A DNA stretch of 26,677 nucleotides, from positions 1 to 26,677 of the forward strand of contig CAVVKN010000001.1 in NCBI GenBank assembly GCA_963748825.1, written 5' to 3'. Every line of letters begins with the position of its first letter. The stretch's first letter is position 1. Position numbers and translations under genes: made by a program. Shown piece by piece: positions 16,763 through 25,272 of this stretch. This DNA is from Methanotrichaceae archaeon (GTDB lineage: Archaea; Halobacteriota; Methanosarcinia; Methanotrichales; Methanotrichaceae). The notes under the pieces were generated by a model. It was not told where the DNA came from. It worked only from the letters and a program-made list of their open reading frames with translations, and searched no databases.

Positions 16763-18112
16763 ATGTCTCTGATCAAATTCTTCAGCACCAACGGCCATCC
16801 CGAGCGCGTGGACTTTCGAGCGGCGCTCTTGATGGGCCAGGCCCCGGACAAGGGGCTCTATCTGCCGGAAGAGATCCCTCAAATTCCCAGGAGCCGGATA
16901 GGGCAATTTCCCAAGATGAGCTATCCGCAAATCGCCTACGAGGTCATCAAGCCTTATTTGGGCGATCTGGTCTCCGACTCCGACCTGCGGGCAATGCTGG
17001 AAGACGCCTACAATTACGATGTACCAGTAGAGCGAGTCTATGACGAAAAATATGTAATGCGGCTGGATCGCGGCCCCACCTGCTCTTTCAAGGACTTTGC
17101 CGCCCGTCTAATGGGCCGGTTGATCCAGTACTTCCTCAGCCAGGAAGGCAGAAGCATCCTCATCCTCACCGCCACCTCGGGAGACACGGGCTCTGCTGTG
17201 GCTCATGCCTTCTATGGTCTGGATAATGTATTGGTGGTAGTATTATTCCCTGAGAAGGAGGTAACACAGAGGCAGCGGCGCCAGATGACCACACTGGGCA
17301 AAAATGTCTTCCCGCTCGCCGTAAAAGGCAAGTTTGATGACTGTCAGGCTCTGGTCAAGCAGGCATTTGTCGATCCCGATCTCTCTGCCCTCCACCTCTC
17401 CTCAGCCAATTCCATCAATATCGGCAGACTGCTGCCCCAGGCCGTCTATTACTTCTATGCCCACTCGCGCGTGGCACCGCAGGGGGAAAAGATCGTCTTC
17501 TCGGTGCCCAGCGGCAACTTCGGAGACCTCCTGGGCGGCCTTTTAGCCTTGAATATGGGCCTTCCCGTGCAGAAGTTCGTGGTGGCGACCAATGAGAACG
17601 ATGAGTTCCCGCGCTTCATGAATACAGGCATCTACGAGCCCATCCGGCCCAGCAAGAACTGCATCTCCAATGCCATGAACGTAGGCCACCCCAGTAATCT
17701 CGCCCGCCTCTTTTGCCTTTACAGAGGTCAAATGGATGAAACCGGCCACGTAAGCTTGCAGCCGGACCTGGCGGCCATGCAAAAGGATCTTTATGCCGTC
17801 TTTATCACGGATGAGGAAACCCGCCAGACCATCAAGGAGGCATACCGCCGGCACAAGCTCCTTCTGGAGCCGCACGGTGCCGTGGCCTGGGCCGGGCTAA
17901 TGAAATATCTGGAAAAATGCGGAGACTTTTCTCCTTGCGTCTCCCTGGAGACGGCCGACCCGGCCAAGTTCCCGGAGGAGATCGTTCGAGCCACCGGCAT
18001 AAATCCGCCTCTGCCTGCAGCCATGGCCCGGCTGGATGAGCTAGCGGAAAATTTTGAGATGATAGATGGACAGTACTCCTCTTTGAAGGATTACCTGAGG
18101 CGTTTTCTTTAG
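16763..18112 (+). CDS. thrC: Threonine synthase (long, E. coli-like type)
   Basis: GQAPDKGLYLP, PLP-lysine motif GPTCSFKDF, ATSGDTG, SANSINIGRL, VPSGNFG, EPHGAVA and ETADPAKF. TATA-like CTTAAAG at 16729-16735. Confidence 0.96.
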   Translation: MSLIKFFSTNGHPERVDFRAALLMGQAPDKGLYLPEEIPQIPRSRIGQFPKMSYPQIAYEVIKPYLGDLVSDSDLRAMLEDAYNYDVPVERVYDEKYVMRLDRGPTCSFKDFAARLMGRLIQYFLSQEGRSILILTATSGDTGSAVAHAFYGLDNVLVVVLFPEKEVTQRQRRQMTTLGKNVFPLAVKGKFDDCQALVKQAFVDPDLSALHLSSANSINIGRLLPQAVYYFYAHSRVAPQGEKIVFSVPSGNFGDLLGGLLALNMGLPVQKFVVATNENDEFPRFMNTGIYEPIRPSKNCISNAMNVGHPSNLARLFCLYRGQMDETGHVSLQPDLAAMQKDLYAVFITDEETRQTIKEAYRRHKLLLEPHGAVAWAGLMKYLEKCGDFSPCVSLETADPAKFPEEIVRATGINPPLPAAMARLDELAENFEMIDGQYSSLKDYLRRFL

Positions 18113-18125
18113 AGGTGACAACAAG

Positions 18126-19103
18126 ATGTCAAGGCAAATTGAGGGCATATTCTTCGATGATATCGGCAGCTTTCCCCTGCCCAAAGGGGTCAGGCTGAAA
18201 AGCCTCTCTCGCGATCAGTATCTAGATCTGGTGCGCGATGTTCTGGCTCAAAAGAGCCGTGCCGGCGTAGAGGTTCCTACTTATCCTCAGTTCCGGGATA
18301 TGATCCGCATGTTCATGGACGGCATCGAGAATCCGGCTTTAACGGAGAGCCCCTACCTGATCAAGAAAGAGAATGCCAAGATAATGGAGCTAGAGGCGGT
18401 GCCGGCGGGCCAGGATGTGCGCGTCTGCGTCACCGGACCTGTGGAGCTTTATATCTCTGCCTTCGGGGCCACGCATTATCCGGATATTCTCAATAACCTG
18501 GCGGAGAGCGTGGCCAGGTTCTTTTGCGTGGCTTTGGAAGGGGGAAGTATGTCTGTTGCGTCTTTGGACGAGCCGAGTCTCGGTTTGAACTCCAACATAG
18601 TCTTTTCTGAGGATGAGATCCTCCAGGCCCTGCAGATCGCGAGCGCGCCCTGCCAGGGCATGGACTGCGAAGTACATCTGCATTCGCCCCTTTATGCCGA
18701 GGCCTGTGCTCGCGTTCCTGGCATCAGCATCGTGGGTATTGAGTCTGCGGCACATCCTGACTATCTGCAATTGATCGATAAGAAAGTTCTGGAAGAGACG
18801 GACAGTTATCTTCGCGCGGGGATCGCGCGCACCGATATTTTGTCCATGTCCGCCCGCTTGAACGAACAGTTAGGCATCAATCTCTGGCAGGACATGCCAA
18901 GGCTGGAAAGGGAGATCTTGGGGCTGGAATCGCCCCTGGTCATGAGGAAGAGGCTGGATAAAGCCTATGCTCAATTCGGAGACCGGCTGAGGGCGACAGG
19001 TCCCGATTGTGGCCTTGGGTCCTGGCCCAGTCAAGATCTGGCGGCCAGGATGCTGGCCAATTGCGCCGCAGCAGTGAGATCTTTCCGCCTGGACGGCGTA
19101 TAG
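18126..19103 (+). CDS. mesC: Core (single-barrel, folate-independent) methionine synthase, MesC-like
   Basis: MetE catalytic-barrel motifs IGSFPLP, YPQFRDM, VTGP, LDEPSL and GPDCGL; Zn site has HLH instead of HxC; GAGGTGA SD at 18112-18118; follows thrC. The subfamily call is less certain than the family call. Confidence 0.82.
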   Translation: MSRQIEGIFFDDIGSFPLPKGVRLKSLSRDQYLDLVRDVLAQKSRAGVEVPTYPQFRDMIRMFMDGIENPALTESPYLIKKENAKIMELEAVPAGQDVRVCVTGPVELYISAFGATHYPDILNNLAESVARFFCVALEGGSMSVASLDEPSLGLNSNIVFSEDEILQALQIASAPCQGMDCEVHLHSPLYAEACARVPGISIVGIESAAHPDYLQLIDKKVLEETDSYLRAGIARTDILSMSARLNEQLGINLWQDMPRLEREILGLESPLVMRKRLDKAYAQFGDRLRATGPDCGLGSWPSQDLAARMLANCAAAVRSFRLDGV

Positions 19104-19347
19104 ACAGGCGATACCGGACTAATTGGGGACTAATTCCAGACAAATTGCGGTCTGATTCCAGACCCTGGTAAACCTGAAAAGACTGGCCGGAAAACCTGAA
19201 ATAAATAAAATAGCGGGGCCTGACTTGTGATATTACCGCTAACTGGTTAAGAGCTAGCTTTTCAAATATAAATATCACTGTATCGAATAAACATATTCAA
19301 ATCATTGACATAAATCGGCAAATATCTCCGGCCCCTAGCGCTGATGC

Positions 19348-19430
19348 ATAAATATTTTACCTATCCAGTTACTGATATCAGTATATCTAATTAAGGATTA
19401 CTATGATTACCATTATCTATAAATATTTTA
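19348..19430 (+). promoter_or_regulatory. 14-bp palindrome between two identical 12-bp TATA-like repeats upstream of DUF1699
   Basis: TACTGATATCAGTA at 19370-19383 is a perfect palindrome; ATAAATATTTTA occurs at 19348-19359 and 19419-19430. Confidence 0.5.
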
Positions 19431-19448
19431 AGAGCATTGGTAAGTGGC

Positions 19449-19856
19449 ATGAAGCTGAGGGTAGTTAGTTCAAAAAAGGAGATTACCGACCTAAACAGGA
19501 ACGAGCAGTTGGTTCATCTGGCTTTCCGAGCCTCTAATATGGATGTGATGAACCTGGTCCAGTCCTGTCCGCGTCTGCGAGCCGTGCAGATTCCGCCATC
19601 CTACCATGAGACCATGTCCAAGGCCGCCCAGCAATTCCTGGAGATTCAGGGTGTGCAGCTCTTGCGAGGAGATGTCTGGGGCCATAGGAAGGATATTGAT
19701 GAGTATTATGCCATAGGCGAGAAGATTGTGGGCCGAATATCAAACCTCATGACGGAAGGCAACAGCATCGAGGAGACTGTAAAGAAGCTGCAAAGGGAGA
19801 CCAAGCTCTCGGAAGACTTGATCCGCTATATTCTCAAGGAGCAGGTGATGGCATAA
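19449..19856 (+). CDS. DUF1699 family protein
   Basis: MKLRVVSSKKEI...VHLAFRASN...CPRLRAVQIPPSY...GDVWGHRKDIDEYY matches this methanogen family as recalled. Start set at ATG 19449 rather than TTG 19437. Confidence 0.88.
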   Translation: MKLRVVSSKKEITDLNRNEQLVHLAFRASNMDVMNLVQSCPRLRAVQIPPSYHETMSKAAQQFLEIQGVQLLRGDVWGHRKDIDEYYAIGEKIVGRISNLMTEGNSIEETVKKLQRETKLSEDLIRYILKEQVMA

Positions 19857-19900
19857 AGTGGACGCGGACTTTAAGGAGCCGGCTGTACGCCAGCCCTCAG

Positions 19901-19908
19901 TTTTTTTT
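19901..19908 (+). terminator. T8 terminator after DUF1699
   Basis: TTTTTTTT about 45 bp after the stop codon. Confidence 0.5.
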
Positions 19909-19912
19909 GCAA

Positions 19913-20851
19913 TCAATTGAGTTGATCTACTGTGCATTCTTGCGGCTCTTTGTCATCTCTGGTGCGTAGGAACACCGGTGCGCGAAGGTGGCCGTCCTTA
20001 GTGACCTCCAGGGCAGAGACCTGCACCACCTGTTGGGGCTCGACCCATCTTGCCGGTGGCGTTGCCGGTGCATTAACGAAGGGAGAGAGGTCCTGGATCG
20101 AAAACGCTCCAGCAATCTCCGCCAGCTCTTTGTCTGTAAATCCTGATCCGACCCGTCCTACATATTGCAGCAGGCCTTGGCTGTATGCGCCCAGGAGAAG
20201 GCCGCCAAAGTTAGGAGCGCGCCCACCTTTTCCCGGAATATAGCCCCCAATCACGAGGTCCAGCTTGAGGCTTTTTTTGATCTTTATCCAGTTTTGACTT
20301 CTTGTGCCCGGCTCGTAGACGGAGTCCAGCCTCTTGGCCACGATTCCTTCAATTCCCATCACCAGTGCCGCCTGAAAATAGTCCTCGCCCTTTTCTGGAA
20401 ATGAGTCGGCAATGGTCACAAACTCGCTCTCCTGAAGCTCTTCCCGTAAAATCTGCTTTCGTTCGCGAAGAGGCAGGTTCATGACGCTCTTCTCTTTCGC
20501 GTAGATGATATCAAAGACAACGTAGCTGGCTGGCATGGAGCGGGAGAGGAAATCTATGCGTAGCCTATCGTTCTGGTGGTCACGCTCCGCAAGCTTGGCG
20601 AAGCTTGGCCGGCCGTCGGCGAAGACGGCGATCTCTCCGTCCAAGACGCAGCCGGATGCCCCCTGAGCCAGTGCAAGAGCCAGCTCAGGATAGCGATAGG
20701 TGATCTCGAAAAGCCTGCGGTTGTGGAGGCGCGCGCCGCTTGAGGATACTTCCGCTATGCAGCGGGTGCCGTCGATCTTGGGCTCGAAGATCCAGCCTTC
20801 TGAGTTGAAGGGCTGACCGGATACTGCCAGCATGGGCTTGACGGGATTCAT
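19913..20851 (-). CDS. ligD: ATP-dependent DNA ligase, stand-alone LigD-type NHEJ ligase domain
   Basis: KPMLA, adenylation motif EPKIDG, VLDGEI, YVVFDI, EGIVAKRLDSVYEPG, WIKIK, OB-fold motifs GRVGSGF and LRAPVF.R.RDDK; GAGGAG SD; downstream of Ku on the same strand. No polymerase or phosphoesterase domain. Confidence 0.92.
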   Translation of the reverse strand: MNPVKPMLAVSGQPFNSEGWIFEPKIDGTRCIAEVSSSGARLHNRRLFEITYRYPELALALAQGASGCVLDGEIAVFADGRPSFAKLAERDHQNDRLRIDFLSRSMPASYVVFDIIYAKEKSVMNLPLRERKQILREELQESEFVTIADSFPEKGEDYFQAALVMGIEGIVAKRLDSVYEPGTRSQNWIKIKKSLKLDLVIGGYIPGKGGRAPNFGGLLLGAYSQGLLQYVGRVGSGFTDKELAEIAGAFSIQDLSPFVNAPATPPARWVEPQQVVQVSALEVTKDGHLRAPVFLRTRDDKEPQECTVDQLN

Positions 20852-20890
20852 TTTCTGGCTCCTCGTTGTATCGAGTGGTTAATTGAATGC

Positions 20891-21151
20891 CTGATAACTA
20901 AATCCTTGTGGTTTGCGGAGCAAAACCACAGAGTCACAGAGCGCACGGAGGACGAACGGACGGAGACGACTATTTGCTTGGAATTAAGATGCTTTCCTCT
21001 TCAAGTGTTGGTAATAAGGAAGTTTGCACGTCTCTGCGAACTCTGCGTCTCTGCGGTTAATATTCGTAGCTGAATAATTTAACTCTGGGGTTTACGGAAA
21101 TTATACCGCAGAGTCGCAGAGCGCACAGAGGACGAGCGGACGGAAATACTA
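20891..21151. repeat. REP/MITE-like intergenic repeats: two ~80-bp direct copies (period 180) and one inverted core
   Basis: ACCACAGAGTCACAGAGCGCACGGAGGACGAACGGACGGA at 20925; ACCGCAGAGTCGCAGAGCGCACAGAGGACGAGCGGACGGA at 21105; inverted CTCTGCGAACTCTGCGTCTCTGCGGTT at 21032-21058. Confidence 0.85.
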
Positions 21152-21218
21152 ATCCGAAGCAATTGGCTGGGCTTTTTTAAGTCGGCGGAATGGAAATCAA
21201 ATACATCGCGAAAGTCGA

Positions 21219-22052
21219 TCATTTCAACGACTCAGCAGTAAGGCGCAGGGCCTCCATGAGGCTCTTGGCAGATGTCCGGGCTTTCTTCTTCTCCGGGACG
21301 GCTACGGCTCCTTCCATCTTGGACCTGACGAGGGTCTCAATCCTTTCTTTGTACTGGTCGTGGTAGGCAGACAGGTCCAGTTCTCCGCTCAGGCTCTTTA
21401 TGATCTCCATGGCCAGTTCCAGCTCCTTTTCCTGGGGCTCTGGAAGATCTTTGATCGCCTGATAGCCCTGCGGGTCTAAGACCTCTTCCGGGTACCTCAT
21501 GGTGGTAGCCACCACGGCCTGCCGGTAGTAGTGGACCAGGACCGGTCTCTCTCGCGAGTGAAAGGTAATTCTACCGATGGCCGCCTTTGCCGTCTTCTCC
21601 ATGACGGTTCTTAGAAGTGAGTAGGCCTCCTCGGATTTATCCGGCAAAAGCAGATAGGTCTTTTCGAAGTAGTGAGGATCGATCTCAAAGAAGTTCACAA
21701 AACGATCCAGGGCAATTGTGTTCTTCGATTCGGGTCTGGCAGCTTCGATCTCCTTTTTTTCCAGTACTGCGTACCGATCTTTTCCCAGAGAATAGCCGTA
21801 GACGATATCGGCCAGTGTGACCTCATCGCCCTCCTGGCAAAAGCGCTTAAAAGAGATGGGCGTCTTGCAACTCCGATGCAGCATGCGAAAGCTGATGCGC
21901 ACATCTTTTGTCATGAGCAGGGCCTTGACGGGGATGTTTACGAGACCTATCCGGAGGTTGCCGGACCAGGTGGTTCTGGGCGGAGCAGAGGCGGAAGAGC
22001 CATCTGGCGTCTTTTCCGGCTTTTCCTCAGCGAGCTGCACAACATCTGGCAT
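21219..22052 (-). CDS. ku: Ku protein (prokaryotic NHEJ end-binding protein)
   Basis: RTTWSGNLRIGLVNIPVK, IDPHYFEKTYLLLP, AYSLLR, TMRYPEEV, YHDQYKE and LMEALRLT motifs. Confidence 0.96.
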   Translation of the reverse strand: MPDVVQLAEEKPEKTPDGSSASAPPRTTWSGNLRIGLVNIPVKALLMTKDVRISFRMLHRSCKTPISFKRFCQEGDEVTLADIVYGYSLGKDRYAVLEKKEIEAARPESKNTIALDRFVNFFEIDPHYFEKTYLLLPDKSEEAYSLLRTVMEKTAKAAIGRITFHSRERPVLVHYYRQAVVATTMRYPEEVLDPQGYQAIKDLPEPQEKELELAMEIIKSLSGELDLSAYHDQYKERIETLVRSKMEGAVAVPEKKKARTSAKSLMEALRLTAESLK

Positions 22053-22120
22053 GGATTATATTCTGCTGGGAATCTAGAAGAATTTTTGGCTTACCCTTTC
22101 CAATGGATCATGAGCTATTA

Positions 22121-22140
22121 GATCATGGGAGATCATGGGA
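22121..22140. repeat. Tandem 10-bp duplication GATCATGGGA x2
   Basis: Exact copies at 22121-22130 and 22131-22140; a related GATCATGA at 22106-22113. Confidence 0.7.
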
Positions 22141-22155
22141 TAATCCCTCCGCAAG

Positions 22156-22536
22156 ATGCATAAATCAAGCCCTGCTAATCAGCATGCGATGTTGCCACTA
22201 GCCGGATGGGACGGGCCCGATTGCATCACAGAGGGAGTTTTTCGCTACTCGAAGTGCATCTCCTGGATAAGGCTGTACATCGATGTGGTGGATGGTGTTT
22301 TTTACGGCGGAACTTGCGGGGCTTGCATCAACTTTGAGGTGGAACGGGAAAGCGACCGGTGGATGCGCTTTGAGACCGATCTGGCGACAACGCCTGCCGG
22401 CGAGCTGGTTATGCGGCTGCGGGGATACAGCACCTGGGACGTTGTTTACAGGCGCATCTCGGAAGGCACGCCCATCGATGAGAAGGTGGAGAGCATCGAG
22501 GATCTGGCGGCGTTCCTGGAGCGCTGCTTTGTGTAA
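22156..22536 (+). CDS. Hypothetical protein, start uncertain
   Basis: 126-aa ORF filling the gap between Ku and the DUF1828/9-like gene; G/C-ending codon bias in the 3' half; no recognised motif. Alternative ATG at 22363. Confidence 0.5.
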   Translation: MHKSSPANQHAMLPLAGWDGPDCITEGVFRYSKCISWIRLYIDVVDGVFYGGTCGACINFEVERESDRWMRFETDLATTPAGELVMRLRGYSTWDVVYRRISEGTPIDEKVESIEDLAAFLERCFV

Positions 22537-22596
22537 ACATTTTGTGCGCACAAAAAAACGCCGTAATTTATAATTCTCAGACAGTGCCCGAAGATC

Positions 22597-23358
22597 TTAC
22601 GCCGTCAACTCCTCCACCACCGCGTCCCTTTTGCTCCAAGGTATTGGTCTCACTTCGTAGCTTAGAAGAGCATCCATAACCGTTAGTGGGACATCTCGCT
22701 CAGAATCGTTCAGTATGGTGTAGGCCCTAGACTCAGGTGATCGAACCTCTTTGGTATCAAACCACGCGAAAGCCGTCGCCTGGGCTTCATCTCGGCTCGG
22801 GCGGTTGATCGCCTGGATAATCCTTTCTGGCTGCTTCTTTGATTTAGGTATCACAAAGTCGAATAGGTGATCATATCCGCTCTTCCCAGTGAACTTTACA
22901 TTGGGTGTATAACGAATTTCATTCTCATCAAGCCAAGCGACAACATCTTCCAGGAAAAGACTGGACACCATGGGCGTGGCTAGATAAAACAAGTCGTTCA
23001 CCGCCAACATCGCTTGAACAAGATTATGCTTTCGCAGCGGGAAATCCTCTTTTGAGGCTCTTACCTCAAGAGCGCCTTCCACCAGCTTCACGCCGAAACC
23101 GTTTAAGGTCATTTGAAGAAGAGCCAATCTCTTAGGGCTCTCCAGTTTGCAGCCAGACAGTTCTAGCTCTCCAAGGATATAACCGTCATCCGTAAGGATA
23201 TAGTTTCCGTTCTGTCTCCGGGCATATATCTGGAGATAGTCGTTGTTTCGGTCGAGATACGGTGTGGTTACTTCAATCCAGTCATCTAACTGTCGGAGAG
23301 TGGTTTTACTTCTCAGCCACGCGACATACTGGTCCATTAACCTTTGTATCTCTTCCAT
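22597..23358 (-). CDS. DUF1828 + DUF1829-like protein (putative C-terminal PD-(D/E)xK-like domain)
   Basis: [18 protein letters not shown]...LTDDGY (DUF1828-like), [22 protein letters not shown] and [14 protein letters not shown]...ILND (DUF1829-like). Confidence 0.85.
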   Translation of the reverse strand: MEEIQRLMDQYVAWLRSKTTLRQLDDWIEVTTPYLDRNNDYLQIYARRQNGNYILTDDGYILGELELSGCKLESPKRLALLQMTLNGFGVKLVEGALEVRASKEDFPLRKHNLVQAMLAVNDLFYLATPMVSSLFLEDVVAWLDENEIRYTPNVKFTGKSGYDHLFDFVIPKSKKQPERIIQAINRPSRDEAQATAFAWFDTKEVRSPESRAYTILNDSERDVPLTVMDALLSYEVRPIPWSKRDAVVEELTA

Positions 23359-23804
23359 CCTTCGATCCCCTTTTGGATATTTGGCGGTTTAGTTATATTA
23401 CAGTAGCCCATAAAATCCTGAAGCATTTCCCATAAATCCTCAACGTTCGAGAATTTATCCACGGGAATGGATTTGGCCCATTTTGCACCGTAACCTTCTT
23501 GATAGACATGGAGATGAGGGCAGGCGATTTCTTCTCCATCGGGATTTCGATGTGGTGCTCCTCCAAGATCGAGTCTTACCAGCACGACTGTCTGACGTGC
23601 TCGGTTTTGATATGTAGCTTTAAGCAGATCTATCCTGCCGCACCTAATGTCCAGGAGAAAATTTTCTCTTTTATCATCAGAGGTCAAGGGAATTGTCACT
23701 GATTTGCCTCTGGCTGGATAGAACACGATATCATCGTTGGCCCTGTTCTTGGGCATGGCCATCAAGGCATCGGCCTCCTCTTGGGTAAGATCGATATCCG
23801 CCAT
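23337..23804 (-). CDS. DUF6978-like protein with a His-rich motif
   Basis: [56 protein letters not shown] and DFMGYCNI; overlaps the next gene by 22 bp. Confidence 0.8.
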   Translation of the reverse strand: MADIDLTQEEADALMAMPKNRANDDIVFYPARGKSVTIPLTSDDKRENFLLDIRCGRIDLLKATYQNRARQTVVLVRLDLGGAPHRNPDGEEIACPHLHVYQEGYGAKWAKSIPVDKFSNVEDLWEMLQDFMGYCNITKPPNIQKGIEGWKRYKG

Positions 23805-24059
23805 TTTGTTGTTTTCTCCAATTAATTTGATTTACACTCAATAGAAATAAAGTTTCGTCTCATGCGAGCGCGCATGCAGGCGGCCCGCCAGCTTAAAGGA
23901 CAGCTCTGGCTGGCTAGCCAAGCCTCGAAAGAGCGATCAAGCACTAGTTAGCGGAAATTGAACCCAGCAAATGAGCTCTAATATCATTATTATTAAATAA
24001 ATAATTTCAAAGAAAACAGAAAAAGTTAACATCATTGCCTTCCGTCTCTCTTCCCGAAC

Positions 24060-25233
24060 ATGGACATCTTCGATGTGGCCGTCATCGGTGCCGGGCCGGC
24101 GGGCTCTATGGCCGCCAAGTATGCCGCCAAAGCCGGTGCAAGCACAATTTTGCTGGAGGAGCACGCCGGGGCGGGATGGCCGGTGCAGTGCGCCGGACTG
24201 CTGGGCCAGGCGGCTATGGCTGAGTCAGAGCTGCCGGAAGGCTCCTTTATCCTGGGCGGCATGTTGGGCGCGACGGTCTTTTCGCCCGGAGGCCAGCGCC
24301 TGGACTTCAAAGCCAAATCCTGCAAGGCCTGGGTTGTGGACAGGAGGCTCTTTGACAAGGCAATGCTGCGCCGGGCTTTGCAGGAGGGCGCAGATCTTCG
24401 TCTCTGCTCGTCAGTGCGAAAGATAAGACGGGAAAAAGACGCAAGCATCCTCTCCCTGGCCGGGGGCGAGGAGATCTCCGCAAAGATTGTGATATCTGCA
24501 GAGGGCGTCTCTGCCCTTCTGGCCCGCCGGGCTGGCATTGCTCCGCCTCAGATGATCCTCTCCGGGGCACAGGTGCAGGTACCCTTTGCAGTGGAAGACC
24601 CTGAGAAGGTGGAGGTTCACCTGGGGTCGGCGCCGGGGCTTTTCGCCTGGGTGATTCCCCTGGACGAAAGCTCGGCTCGCATCGGTCTGTGCGCCCGCGA
24701 TCAGGGGTGCGAGCACTTGCGCTCTTTCTTGAAAACGGATGTTATTGCAAGAAGGCTGCAGGGCTCCCCAGTGGCCCTGAATGTGGGCGGTCTGCCTCTG
24801 GGTCCGCCCGCGGCGACAGCAGTCGCGGGCTTGCTGGCCGTGGGCGATGCGGCAGGCCAGGTCAAGCCCACCTCAGGCGGCGGAATCTATCCGGGGCTGG
24901 TGGCAGCGAAAATTGCGGGCGGCGTGGCGGCTGCTGCGGCAATGGAAGGCGACGGCTCCGCACAAGCGACTCATGGAATACGACCGGCTCTGGAGGGCGG
25001 CATTGGGCCGTGAGCTGGAGATAGGCATGAGAGTCAACCGCATGCTGAGCAAAATGAGCGCTGCGGAATTGGATGAGCTGGTGGGCTACCTGGCCGGCAA
25101 GCCCCGTCTCATAAAAGCCATAGAGGAGCACGGGGATATCGACCGGCCCAGCCGCCTCATGGCCCGCATGCTGCGCCACCTGGACTGGGATGCCATCCGG
25201 CTGGCCCGGCTGCTGGGATACGCCTTAGGATAA
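24060..25233 (+). pseudogene. Geranylgeranyl reductase (digeranylgeranylglycerophospholipid reductase family) with a +1 frameshift near 24961-24963
   Basis: FDVAVIGAGPAGS, PVQCAG, DRRLFDK, FAWVIP and VGDAAGQVKPTSGGGI in the 24060 frame. The expected C-terminus KRLMEYDRLWRAALGRELEIG... continues in the next frame from 24964 to TAA 25233. May be an intact gene with a sequencing error. Confidence 0.88.
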
Positions 25234-25272
25234 CGGTGATTTTGCTTTTTACTGCTTGGGGTTAGCGTCCTG

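Noticed and set aside
19130-19202. Short repeats ATTCCAGAC x2 and AAACCTGAAA x2
   Set aside because: Short and irregularly spaced, with no interpretable structure.
20891-21151. Ku-ligase spacer repeats as a mini-CRISPR or IS ends
   Set aside because: Mixed orientation, degenerate copies, a 180-bp period, and no cas gene or transposase.
24781-24963. Independent 150-aa gene starting at 24781
   Set aside because: Only the part from 24964 is meaningful; it is the frameshifted C-terminus of the reductase.
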